Positions 10,674-22,601 of a stretch of DNA of 64,000 nucleotides are shown piece after piece. The DNA is from Lingula anatina. Taxonomy: Eukaryota; Animalia; Brachiopoda. The notes under the pieces were generated by a model. The model worked only from the letters and a program-made list of their open reading frames with translations. It was not told the DNA's origin and searched no databases. The position numbers and the translations under genes are program-made. The stretch covers positions 15,686,001 to 15,750,000 of the forward strand of contig CM120645.1 in assembly GCA_051362555.1 (NCBI GenBank). Reading direction: 5' to 3'. Position 1 is the stretch's first letter. Each line of letters opens with the position of its first letter.

Positions 10674-13600
10674 TAATGCTCCTAGAATGTGAATCCTGCT
10701 ATAGTATCAGACATTGAACGAGTGGGAATTTAATCTAAGGGGGGGGGTCAGGTATAGAAAACAATATTGGCCAAGCTCCATTCAGTATTCAGTCATGCAG
10801 AACAGATTTGTAAAGGGTTCAGCATAAGTGTGTGCGTTTGACAAATGAGAGTAAAGAAAAATTCATGGAACAAATATAAAGAACAATTTCCAAGAATTTT
10901 TTGGGAAAATTTATTTGAATGCCTTCAGCACTCCAATCCTTTAATGGCAGTGTCATTCGGTGCAAAATAAAAAATATTTTATTGCATGCTTCATCTTTTA
11001 AAGCAACAGGCACCTGTCTCAAAATCAATAAAATTAATTGAAGTTGCTTATGATTATACTTATTCTTGGCATAAAAAGAGACATAAATGCACTGATATCA
11101 GAATAAATAATATGACAATCATTCTGATACACAAAAATAATGCACAGTTACAAAAGAAAAAAACAGGCAAACAACCGTCGCATACACTTGTGTAAGGTCA
11201 GTTATTTTATTCCCAATTTGGAGTTGTTATGAAAAAGAGTTTTCAAGCAATCAAAGGAGTCATGTCCGAGATTTTTCATTTCAGATTAGTTTTCTATCAA
11301 CTCATATGCAAGTCAGACACTGTCAAAAACAGAATGCTGGTATTCACTGCAGACAGAATACATTCTTCTTCTTCTATGTTCGTCAAGTTATGTGATATGC
11401 GTAAGATGCAAGTAGTGTGGAAATTAATTATCAAATAAAATCGAACTGCCACAAAATTACCTCTGTCTTAGTATTCCTATCTACCCAGCCAACTCCGATA
11501 ATCACTGACAAATACAAAAAATGAAAGTGGGGTTGTAAAATCTTTCGAATTTTGTTCTGTGACAGAGCACCCTTTCTTTGGAACGAATTTTTGGTGTGGA
11601 TTGTTTACGTTTGTTGTTGACTTCAAACACAGGTTTGGAACTCAAGCTTGGGGTTAACATATCAGATTAATTGTAGATTTACTAGCGTATAATATACATT
11701 TCTATCAGACTCCAACATTATTTCAAAACTTTTGGACAAAGGCAACACATAAACAGGACAGATCTTAAACAAGGAAAATCAAAGATACAATAAATAATAC
11801 CAATGCAAGTTATATCGTGATATAATCAGTAATAATAATAATAATAATTTATTAAGCCAATAAAATACAAATGTATAAAATCGGGAATCTTTTGCCCTGT
11901 AGTAGCGCCATTGAAATATAAAAAATGAAAATGAAAATTACATGTTAGAGTTAAAAATAGTTACTGCCGAAGGATAAAAGCTATTTAAAAATCGCTTACT
12001 ACCCTTAAAAGCTAAGAGTCTCGAATTGCTAGGTAAAAATTTAAAAAGGGTATGGGCTGGATGGGAACTGTCTGTCATTATTGATAATGTTTTCTTTTTA
12101 GTCCTGTCTAGATATATAGTATGGACGGGAGTTAAGTAAGTAGCCTACACATGTGTTTATTGAAACACAATAATTGTCCCTTTACAAAGGTAGTATGGAA
12201 AGGTAGTAAGTAGCCTACACATGTGCATTTCCACATAATGAAACACAATAATTGTCCCTTTACAAAGGTATATGACCGATGCTTTTCAGCTGGAAACAGA
12301 TAATTTTTAGAGAGACAAAAGTTCCATGGTACAAAAAAATTCTTAAGCATGCAATTGCGTGTGTGTGTGTGTGTGTGCGCGCGCGTTTGGATATTGGGGC
12401 ACTAAAGGCCATACAACATTGGTCAAAAAGGTTGTCCCACCCCCATTTCCATGTACTTTTATTTACAAATGATCACCTTACAGGTGTACATTGTTATAAA
12501 CGATGCTTTTTATTCTAGATACCATGTCTAACATGTTTAATGGTTCAAAAAATACAAAATAGTGGTGTGAATATGCACATTTTATACCATTTAGTCAAAT
12601 TTATAACAGGTACCCCCTCAAATCTAATGTTTCACTGTGTTTTCTACAGTTGTAAAGAAGTGTCTATTAAAAAATTGAAAAGACGCCATCAAATGTCACC
12701 AAATTTACACATAATTAGCATTAGGATGTGCTCGTTAAAGGTCACGTGCCTAATAACGTGTGCGTCTACCGCCTACTGCAATTATCTCCTGTAGTTGGCG
12801 GGACAAGCCTTCAACAAGGGTAAAAATTCTGTTTCGAGGGATATTATCCCATTCTTCCTAAACAGCTTGGGGGAGTTGGTGCACTTTTTTTTATGGGATT
12901 GGTTCTCCTCTGCATTGCACACTCCAATTCATGTCACAGGTGATTAGTAAGGTTAATATCAGGGCTCAAAGATGGTGGTTCCATCCTTAGAATATTGTGT
13001 TTCTACAACAAATGCACTAGTTATAACAATTTACACCTGTGAGCTGATCATTTGTAAATAAAAGTACATGGAAATGGGGGTGGGACAACCTTTTTGACCA
13101 ATGTTGTATGACATAAGACCTTCGCGCAAGTTTATAAAAGAGAAAAGAATTGAACCAATTTACATGCTTCATGTATTAGTAACAAGCTATAGAAAAAGCT
13201 GAAGAGAACTACATACTTATGTGTGTTTGACAGTTTAACTGTTGGACATGAAATAATGCATTACTGTTTTAAATAACTGTGTAACGTCTAAACTGAATCA
13301 AAGACTGAATCAAATGTCTGGAATAGACACAAACTAACTTTCTTATCATTCTGCACTTGTTGACACGATGTTTTTCTCACGTGCAACTACATAGAATGTG
13401 GGTCGATTAGAAAGAGTAGGCCTATATGACTGAGTAAACCCGACCTACCAATGTGTTCTCATTTTTACTGTATTGCAAGCAGATGCGTGTCTACATAATA
13501 TACGTAACACCTATTACAGTGGCAAGCACTGAAAAGATCGTTCCCTTATTATTAAGACTTTTAAATCTTGACAAAAATAGCTGAAGTTTCCTTTACAATA

Positions 13601-14112
13601 TAAGCTGAGACCTTTATGCGTCCTTTCTACGACTAAAGATATACCCAGGACACCTAATGGGCTCCAAAGCAAAAAAAAAAATAAATATGAAGGCGACACT
13701 TGAGCGATGTTTGAGCAACCACTGAGCGTCCTCTTTGCCTTCTCTGTACATAGCATCATTGGCAGACAAAGTCGACCAGTAGTGATCATTCTTAAATCTT
13801 TTTGCCTCCTACGAGGCTGATTAACTTCTATGCTCGTCAAGTTGTCATATGCATAAGATGCAGGTAGTGTTGGAATTTTAAAATTCTCAAGTAAAAACAA
13901 CCTGCCACAAAAATTACCTCTAAGTCTTAGTACTGGGCATTCCTATCTACCCAGCCACCTACGATAATTACTGACAAATACAAGAAAAATCAAAGTGGAC
14001 TTGTAATATCTTTTTAATTTTGCTCAGTGACAGAGCAATGTTTCAGCTTTGGGACGGTTTTTTTGGTGTGGATTGTTTAAGTAAGTCATTGACTTCAAAT
14101 TTACAGGTTTGG
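10674..14112 (+). repeat. Third, partial copy of the duplicated upstream region (no exons)
   Basis: 10674-13500 is colinear with 14240-16508; 13826-14112 repeats 14966-15270, 11370-11638 and 2756-3030. Confidence 0.85.
12414..13106 (-). mobile_element. Internally deleted Tc1/mariner element
   Basis: ~60-bp perfect TIRs caacattggtcaaaaaggttgtcccacccccatttccatgtac...; TA duplication; empty site in the paralogue near 15882; transposase C-terminal relics PSLSPDINLTNHL.HELE and LQEIIAVGGRRTRY on the - strand. Confidence 0.9.
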
Positions 14113-15802
14113 GTTAAGAATATGATCCGGCTAGTCAAAATTCAGTTTTCAAGAGTGGGCCATTGGTGTGATATTTTTACAGAAATCAAGGGGGGGGCGG
14201 TCAGGACCCTCTCTGAGACACCCTAAATCCGCTATTGTATTGCTCCTAGAATGCATATCCCACTGTAATATCAGACATTGAACGAGTCAGAATTTCATCA
14301 TAAGAAGGGAGGGGGGCAGGTATAGAAAACAATTTTGACCAAGCTCCATTCAGTCTACCGTCATGCAAAAAGATTAATAAAGGCTTCAGCATAAGTGTGT
14401 GCGTGATTGGCAAATGAGAGATGAAGAAAAATACAGAAAACAGATATAAAGAACAATTTCGAAGTAATTTATGGGAAATTTATTTGAATGCCTTCAACAC
14501 TTCACTCCTTCAATGGTAGTGTCATTTGGAACAGTTTTTACTGCAAAATAAAATAATGTTTTATTGTATGCTTCATCTGTTAAAGCAACAGGCATCTGTC
14601 TCAAAATTATTTTAATAAATCAATTGCAGTGGCTAATGATTATACTTATTCTTGGCATAAGAAAAGAAATAAATGTTATGATATCAGAATAAATAATATT
14701 ACAATCACCTTAATGCATTAAAATAATGCACAGTTACAAAAGAAATAAACGGGCAAAGAAATTGTACGGCCACTCATACTTGTGTAAGGTCAATTCTTTT
14801 ATTCCTAATTCCGAGTATTTATGAAAAAGTGTTATAAATCGAACAAAAGAGTCATGTCCAAGATTTTTTCTTTTAAAATATTATAAGTTCTCTATCAACT
14901 CGTGATAGGCAGCCAGTGTCAAAAACACAATGCTAGTATTCACTGCAGACAGAATACAGTATTCTTCTTCTATGCTCGTCAAGTTGTCATATGCGTAAGA
15001 TGCAGGTAGTGTCACTGTGGGAATTAATTATCAAGTTAAAACAACCTGCCACAAAAATTACCTCTATGTCTTATAATTCCTATCTTCCCAGCCAGCTACT
15101 CAGTACAGTAATCACTGGCCCCGTGAAAAGTACAAGAAAAATGAAGGTGGGTTTGTAAAATCTTTCGAATTTTACTCAGTGACAAAGTACCGTTTCAGCT
15201 TTGGGACGAGCTTTTGGTGTGGATTGTTTACGTATAAGGGAAGATTTTACTTTAAACTTACAGGTTTGGGGCTGAAACTTGGGGTGAACATCACAGACTA
15301 ATTGTAGATTTACCACCGTATAATATGCATTTCTGTCGGACTTCAACATTATTTCAAAAAATTTGGATATAGGTGACACATAAACAGTACATATATTAAA
15401 CAAATTCAAAGACATAGAATAAAAAATGCTAAGGCAAGTTATATCGTGAAAGTTTATCCCCCCCCCCCCCAAAAAAAAATCAGATTTTTCACCAAAACTA
15501 AACAAAAAAGAAATGATCTGTTAGAGGGTGAAAGATACAGAAATGCCTCAATAAACATATAATAGGGAATAATATTAGAAAAAAATAGTCAAATTTGACT
15601 ACAGGGAGACTTATATTAGTTTTCAACATAAATCGATACATACATATACATGATAAAGTGTACATGTGCATTTCCACATAATGAAACACAATAATTGTCC
15701 CTTTACAAAGGTATATAACCGATGCTTTTCAGATGGGAACAGATAATTTTTGGAGAGACAAAACAAGTTCCATGGTACAAAAAAATAATTTCTTAAGCAT
15801 GT

Positions 15803-15844
<42 letters not shown>

Positions 15845-16510
15845 ACGCGCCCGCGTGTTTGGTCTTGGGGCACTAAAGGCCATAAGATATAAGCTCTTCG
15901 CTTTATTTTATAGAAGAAAATAAAACAATTGAACCAATATACATGCTTCATGTATTAGTAACAACCAATAAAAAATCTATAGCTGAAGAAAAATACACGC
16001 ATGTGTGTGTTTAACAGTTTAACTGTTTGACATTAAATAATGTATTGCTGTTTTAAATAACTTTACAACGTCTAAAATTTTAACTTCAAAGAGTGGTCAA
16101 ATGTCTGGAATGGACACAAACTAACTGTCTTATTATTGTGCATTTGTTGACACGATGTTTTTCCCACGTGCAACTACATAGAATGTGGGTACATTAGAAA
16201 GAATACATAATTGAGTAAACCCAACCTGCCAATGTGTTCTCATTATTCCCAGAAATGCGCTGCATGACGTCACGCCTAGCCCACTGCGCATGCGTGCATT
16301 TTTAATGAGATGCTAGATGAACGGGTTCGCGATTCGTGAATATTACTTCCATCGCGGAAGTGTGGGATGACATTGTTGTGCTGTGATTGGCTAGTTGAGT
16401 CACGTGAAGCCCTACTGTTGCGCCCTCGCGTATCGCGTGAATGCTGCGCATTTCTAGCCTTGTTTTTACCGTATTTACTTTGCAAGCAGATGCGTGTCTA
16501 CATAATATAC

Positions 16511-16724
16511 TCCCTGTAGGGAGTCTCACTAAATTGCTACCAACCTAACCGGCTTAAATGTCTGTCACACCCAGCAAAGCTGTGAGGGGGTAATTATCTT
16601 TACCCCCCAGCTGATTCGGTAGGTGTGACAGACATTTAAGCCGCTTAAGTTGATAGCAATTTAGTGAGACTCCCCAGGGAGTTAGACCGATCCAGAAGGA
16701 TCGATCTAGTCATGGGAACCCAGT
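16511..16724. mobile_element. Hairpin MITE related to the 4828/6207 family
   Basis: gggagtctcactaaattgcta..ggcttaaatgtctgtcacacc and its reverse complement; shared gatcgatc terminal motifs. Confidence 0.6.
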
Positions 16725-18024
16725 CATCAGCTACACCTGCGTTTTCTTTAAAATTTATTTATTTATTTTTTTTTTAATTTTGGGATAAAGGATACAAATA
16801 CACATGCAAAAACCTTCAGCAAGATGCATTTTTGACATGTAACCTTTTTTGATATTTAACGCAAAAGTTTAAACGTTTGAGTCACGGAGCACTATATGAC
16901 CAAACCTCCTTTTATTTGAACTGAACTTGCGTCCGCTTGGAGAACCATTTTGCCCGTCCTCGCAATCCGTGGCAGAAAATCGTATTCGGATGCGTTGCAA
17001 AGAGGTGTCCAAGTGATATCGATGATGTCTCCCAAGCCACCTCTCTTGGTCTTAATCACTCTTCATCGTGTGAACATGTGTCTATTAGTGTATGTAACTG
17101 TTAACAGAACTCTCAAAGGTCTTGCCACCAGTGTCAATCGCTGAAAGGATTCATAATAGCGAAGAAAGTAGCACCGGCCTCAGGTTTCTTTCCAGTGGGT
17201 CTCATCGTTCATAGACTCGCAAGTCGCCCAACATGCGTACAGGTAGCGTCTTGCTGGGTTACTTTTGACGAAATCTTCACTTGCAAACCTAACAGAGAGC
17301 TTTTGGTTTAATGTGAATTGGATAAAACGATCAAAGCTGAGCACTGCCGATTTGGGACAATTCCAAAAAATTACTGAATGCCGTGGCCTTGAAAGAATAT
17401 CAGTATTTTTCCACATCCCACCACGTTTTTACTTTCATCTCATTATTCCCGTCACTAAATGCCATGATGTTTACTTCAAATTCTGAATTATAATGTGGCA
17501 GTGTGTAAGAGGAGTGGAAAGAATAACTTATCAACACGAGTTTTGACATCATTACCTGCATACGAATAATGTTACTTTCTATTAAGCAGTGTCGAAGGGA
17601 ATATTCACGACAGGGACCCTGAGAGGCAATTTGATTTTGTTGGACAATACAATGAAACCGAAAGCTTTGTTACTAATTGACCGATTGATACTGATGGATT
17701 ATCTAACGACTTTCGATATTTCAACCATGAGATACTTGAGACTCCAGCTCCATCACACTCCTCTGATGGTGTATATGCAGATTATGCTTCTCGCAATATT
17801 GCCCATTCAAATTCAGCAGCAACTTTCATCTGTTTAAGAAAATGTCGTCAGTTAAATTGATATGGAAGTGTTTTAAATATACCTAATTTTGGCCTTACAG
17901 AAGGTAGGAAAGCACGTCCATCAGTGTAACTAACATGAAAAAATTAATATACAAAAGAGAGTTAATATTTAATGTTTTTAGATCACTATGATAATCAAAG
18001 ACGCCCCAAAACGTAGGCGCAGAT

Positions 18025-18150
18025 CGTTGTATTGGACCAATAGGGAGTTTTCTTTCCCAAGCAAATGATTGGTTTATTCCTCTAAAGCAGACGCAGCCGA
18101 CACTGGGAATGCTCTATGAAAGGCACAGTCCACCAAGCGTTTCATCAGAC
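18025..18150 (+). promoter_or_regulatory. Putative core promoter of secreted gene B
   Basis: ATTGG at about 18031 and 18068; TATA-like tatgaaag 18115-18122, 32 nt before tcAgac (A18147). Confidence 0.45.
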
Positions 18151-18219
18151 CAACAGACTGACAGCCAGCAGACCAGCAACTTGCCAGAAATTCATCAACC
18201 GTAGAACTATCGTCTGAAG

Positions 18220-18714
18220 ATGAAGATGACTAGACCCATGCTCGTTTGTGTTGTTTTGATGATGGTGACACTTTGTGCAGTCGGCGGTGCTCGTAAGTGC
18301 TAAACTTATCGTATACTAGCTGGTTCGATCCAGGAGATTTTCTCTAAGGTCGGGTTCCCATGCTTAGATCGATTCATCTAAACCCCCATCTTTTCAGCTC
18401 TACTGGTTTAGGTGAAGATAGCTAAAATAACAAACGTACAGACAGCCGGACGGAAGGGAGGGATAACAGGATCCCAGACTTTGTAACAAAAAAAAAAAAA
18501 TAGATAGATAGAATTTTAAAATATAACTCCAGGGAATGATTTTTGAGTTTGTTACACACAACTGTAAGCCTGTAAGCATTTTCCACCGTTGAAAGCCAAT
18601 AAAACGACACGGTTTCCTTGAATACATGAGACAAAGCCAGTGGCGTGTCGGGTTGAGGATGACAACGTGGCTTTCACCCCGAACGGTGTTTGGTATTTAC
18701 TGTAATACCTTTGC

Positions 18715-18757
<43 letters not shown>

Positions 18758-20697
18758 TCTTCGCTGAAGTCCATCACGCTAATTATTAGCAGTTTGTTAT
18801 TCATTTCGAAGACGCGTGTGTATATACAGTATCTTCTTTTTTATTTCAAGCAATGGACGATAAACCACCGGTGTGCGGGAATAATACACTATGCTGTAGG
18901 GTGGACAAAGAGAACGTGACTCGCTGCAAGAATATTCCCAGTGAAAAGGGTCAAGGTATATTAGCTTGTCCTTGGCCTTGGTCTTGTATTTGTGAGGAGG
19001 GATACGTGTTGGACCCGTATGTTGAGGATTCCGAAACTTGTGTTCCAGGTGAGAATGGCAAAGACTGCTGTAATGTGCATAATGATAAACATGTAAAAAA
19101 AGATGAGTCTTATACAGTTTAATCTAAACACGCTTTAATCTAAACACAGAAACTTACTTGTCTGCATCTATCTTTTAAAAGTTCAGGTTTGTGTATTGGT
19201 TTGTGAAAGTTAAGTTTTCGCTGATTTCTCTTTTTTCGTTTAGTGATTCAACATGAAACATTTTCCACTGTTCTGGTTTTTACCCAAGGGTTTAATTCTT
19301 GTATTCACCTAATCGATAATTATCATAGAATGTTTTCACTGCAGCTCTGATGATAGAAACCCCAATTCCATTGTTCATCTGGCATACTGTTGTGTAAAAT
19401 TTATTCATTCATTCATTAGAGAACCATGTGTTACATTGCTAAGAAAATCACCCAGCCCTTCGGGCTTCTAAGACACTTTTAAGTACATTAAAATGTACAT
19501 AACCGTTCTTGTCATATATGATATATTGTGGCTGTTTATTTTGCAAGTATATCTTTGTTTTATTTTTTCCTCAGAGGTACCGGGATGTCGTAAGTATAAA
19601 ACTTAGAAAATTATGACTTACATCAAACTTAGTAAATTATTATCTACAGTTTGTTTCCAATCTATAGATAGAAATCACACTGGTTTTATCATTTTTAAAG
19701 AAAGCGTTACAGCAATGAATTATAGTTCACATTTCACGTCATAGGCTCTTTCAAAATGCATAGCAAACAGGAAAACTTCATATAGTGAAATATTTTTTGG
19801 TGTATTTTGGTGTCGAAATAAAGATTTTTACTCAACTAAATCAAAATCTATTTAAAACGATGCATTTTCAAAGTATCTCATCTTTTTAATTTTTCAGCTG
19901 AAATTACAGAACAGTGCCGTGAGTATGGTATTGCATTAAGCGAGAAGGAAATTTAAATCTCAGTTATTTTCTATCTGACAAGCTTTTATTTTATTCCATT
20001 AGTTTGCATTTCAGTTATAAGGTATGGAAATGCATGTTTTCCCGTGCAACAGTATTTACATCAGTAAAGACCGCAATTAGTAAGTGGCATTAGGAGCCTC
20101 ACAGATATAATGGTCATATCCTCGGGTGCATCTTTAATAAGCATACATAAAGTGTATGAAAACAAACAGATAAAAATGATGTAACATTATGCAGCTTGAC
20201 ATGTAAAGGGGATGCAGCTTATTTTGTGCTTTCCTTCTTTTTTGCAGCATATCCGTTAATTTTGCGACCAATTTGAATGTAAATTAAAAAGTATGTTTTC
20301 GCTTCCAGCGTACATTCAGCAAGTCGTGTGTGACGGCACAAATTACTCGTTTTCCGGTAGCTATCAATACGTGGTAGAGGATCTGGCATCGCTGCGATAC
20401 TCCATCACTTACTATGGCAATAGGAACATCGTTGTATCCACTTGCAACGCCGCCGACTACGACACACAGCTGGCTATTTTTGACTGTGCTGCGTTAGCCT
20501 ATGTTGAACCAGCTGCGAATGGGACATGCGGCATTGCCGAGGAGTACAGTTTGTACGACAATGACGACGGTAGGGGGTGCGGCCTCACCTCTCTACTCCA
20601 GATCCCTGAAGGCGAGCTAGCCAGTGGGACGTACATAATAGGTGTGTTCGGGTATCGTAGCAAAGAAGGGAACTTTATAGTCACTATCTCTTGTTAG
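18220..20697 (+). CDS. Secreted cysteine-rich protein B (231 aa): signal peptide, EGF/TIL-like domain, two micro-exons and a PPC-like domain
   Basis: Exons 18220-18292 (MKMTRPMLVCVVLMMVTLCAVGGA), 18851-19048 (VCGNNTLCC...SCICEEGYVLDP...TCVP), 19575-19589, 19898-19918 and 20309-20697; all GT-AG and phase 1; 696 nt open; AATAAA at about 20888. Confidence 0.8.
18713..18756. repeat. (ATT)n microsatellite at the end of a probable interspersed repeat
   Basis: Direct reading. Confidence 0.9.
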
Positions 20698-21032
20698 AGA
20701 TGCCATGGCCCAGCGAAATGAAACTGAGAGTGACTTGCTCGAGACTAGCAAAGTTGCTTAAGACTCCAGTTTTATGGCCAGGTTTATTCTAGAATATATT
20801 AAGCTCATAACCCAACACAGATTTATCAACTGCAAGAAAATAAAATGATCAAGTTGAGATGACGATTGTATCTCTTCTTAAGCAATGAATAAAATGTCTA
20901 TTGCTTTAAAATCTATTTCGTTAGTTTTGTTTGAAAGCAAAACTTCACACTGATGTTTTATAAAGGAAAAAATGTGTTCCATTTAAATTTTCATCAATTA
21001 AAAAAAATCTGTCAAAGGTTAAAATAATGATT

Positions 21033-21308
21033 ACTAGAAAAGCACAGACCTCCGATAAGACAGCAAAGTCTCCATCCAATGCCGTATCACCCCTAAATTT
21101 TCATTCTATAATGATTTAGCTTTTTGATTTTTGATTATTGATTGATTATTCATCCGGATCACCACCAAAAACTAATCACTTCTAAGTTAACCCATTTCTA
21201 ACCTACCCTGAAAATTCCATCGAAATCCATCCATAACTTTTGAGTTATGTTGATGACAAACAGACAGACAAACAAGGGTGAAAACATAACCTCCTTGGCG
21301 GAGGTAAT
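21033..21308 (+). mobile_element. Helentron-associated (HINE/DINE-1-like) non-autonomous element
   Basis: actag start, (caga/caaa)n tract, 3' hairpin aacataacctccttggcggaggtaa; absent from copy A (about 8810). Confidence 0.75.
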
Positions 21309-22042
21309 TTAACATATTTTCTGCAATTCCAACCCCGAGGTTGAGGTTTTACAACGAATGCATTCATGTCTATTATTATATATAAACATCATCAACCTGT
21401 ATAAGAAAAACGATGCAGGTCAATGTACAGTTCAACATGGATTATAAATTCAAATCCACCCTTGTATTTATCTGATACACTTTGCTTGTTATATAAACTA
21501 GACTCAAAGAATGAAGTAATTCCTCAACAGGTGCCCATATTAAGAATTTTGATTTATTCTGTTCCAAAGTCTGGGCAAATCAGGCCCACTGTTTTATGTT
21601 GGTTGTAAGAAAAATCTTCAAAGCATATATTAGTCTAGATCCTCGAAATAGTTTCAAACCATTTTCAAAATTGCGAGTGTAATTTACGTATATAGATCTT
21701 TCGAAAGCAGTATAAAATAGTAAATATTGAAAACCGTTAACCACACTGAATGCGGCAATTTTTCGTTGGTGGCCATTTTTGTTGTCCGTGGGCGAAAATT
21801 TCCGAACCAAAAAGAAGGCCTCTATAAAACCCCCTTTACACTGGAGGGCGTCCTTTCTGCGTCCTTTGTGCGCCCGTGAAACTGACATCTCAGTGGGAGT
21901 AAAAAGGAGTCACAAGCATCGCTTTGGTTGCAAAATGAATGCTCATCGATTGGTCAGTAGTCGGCACGTCAAGTATTTTTTTCTCTCAAACAGGGCCGTA
22001 CTAAGGGACACAAAAGGACGCCGTCCAGTGTAAATGGAGCTG

Positions 22043-22490
22043 AAGGATATTGTCACCCTTCGCCCAAAATTATTAACTGGCTTATATACAATCTTTTGGA
22101 TAATAGATAAACCTTCAGTGTTCAGTGACTAAATTTATTAATATTTAAACAAATGTCATCTTACGGGTGATGTCATAATTGCGATTTTGGGGTAAAAATG
22201 AAAATAAATCGGTTACTCAAATTTCTCCTTAACCTGAGCACCCACGATCACCATTGCAACGCTGATTTAATGACACCATTTAGTACTCCAAAACTCTGCC
22301 AGCGATATTTTTTAAGTCTTAGTTCAGATTTTATCGTTGATAAAGTACAAGAATGCCTTGTTTAATGAAAATCTGTAATTAGGGGCTCATAACTCCATAA
22401 CAATAAAGATATATGCATTATTGAATAATCAGATGCAGGAAAAACCTCCTTTTCGGTATCTGGATAATAATAAAGGGTAACAATATCCTT
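22043..22490. mobile_element. Non-autonomous TIR element (possibly Kolobok-like)
   Basis: TIRs aaggatattgtcaccctt / aagggtaacaatatcctt; copy-B-specific. Confidence 0.55.
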
Positions 22491-22570
22491 AGGGCAATAA
22501 AGTTTACGGCTAATTTGAGCATGACCTTTTTGAATGGACGTCTGTGGAGCCAAAGTGTGTGTTTCGGTGT

Positions 22571-22601
<31 letters not shown>

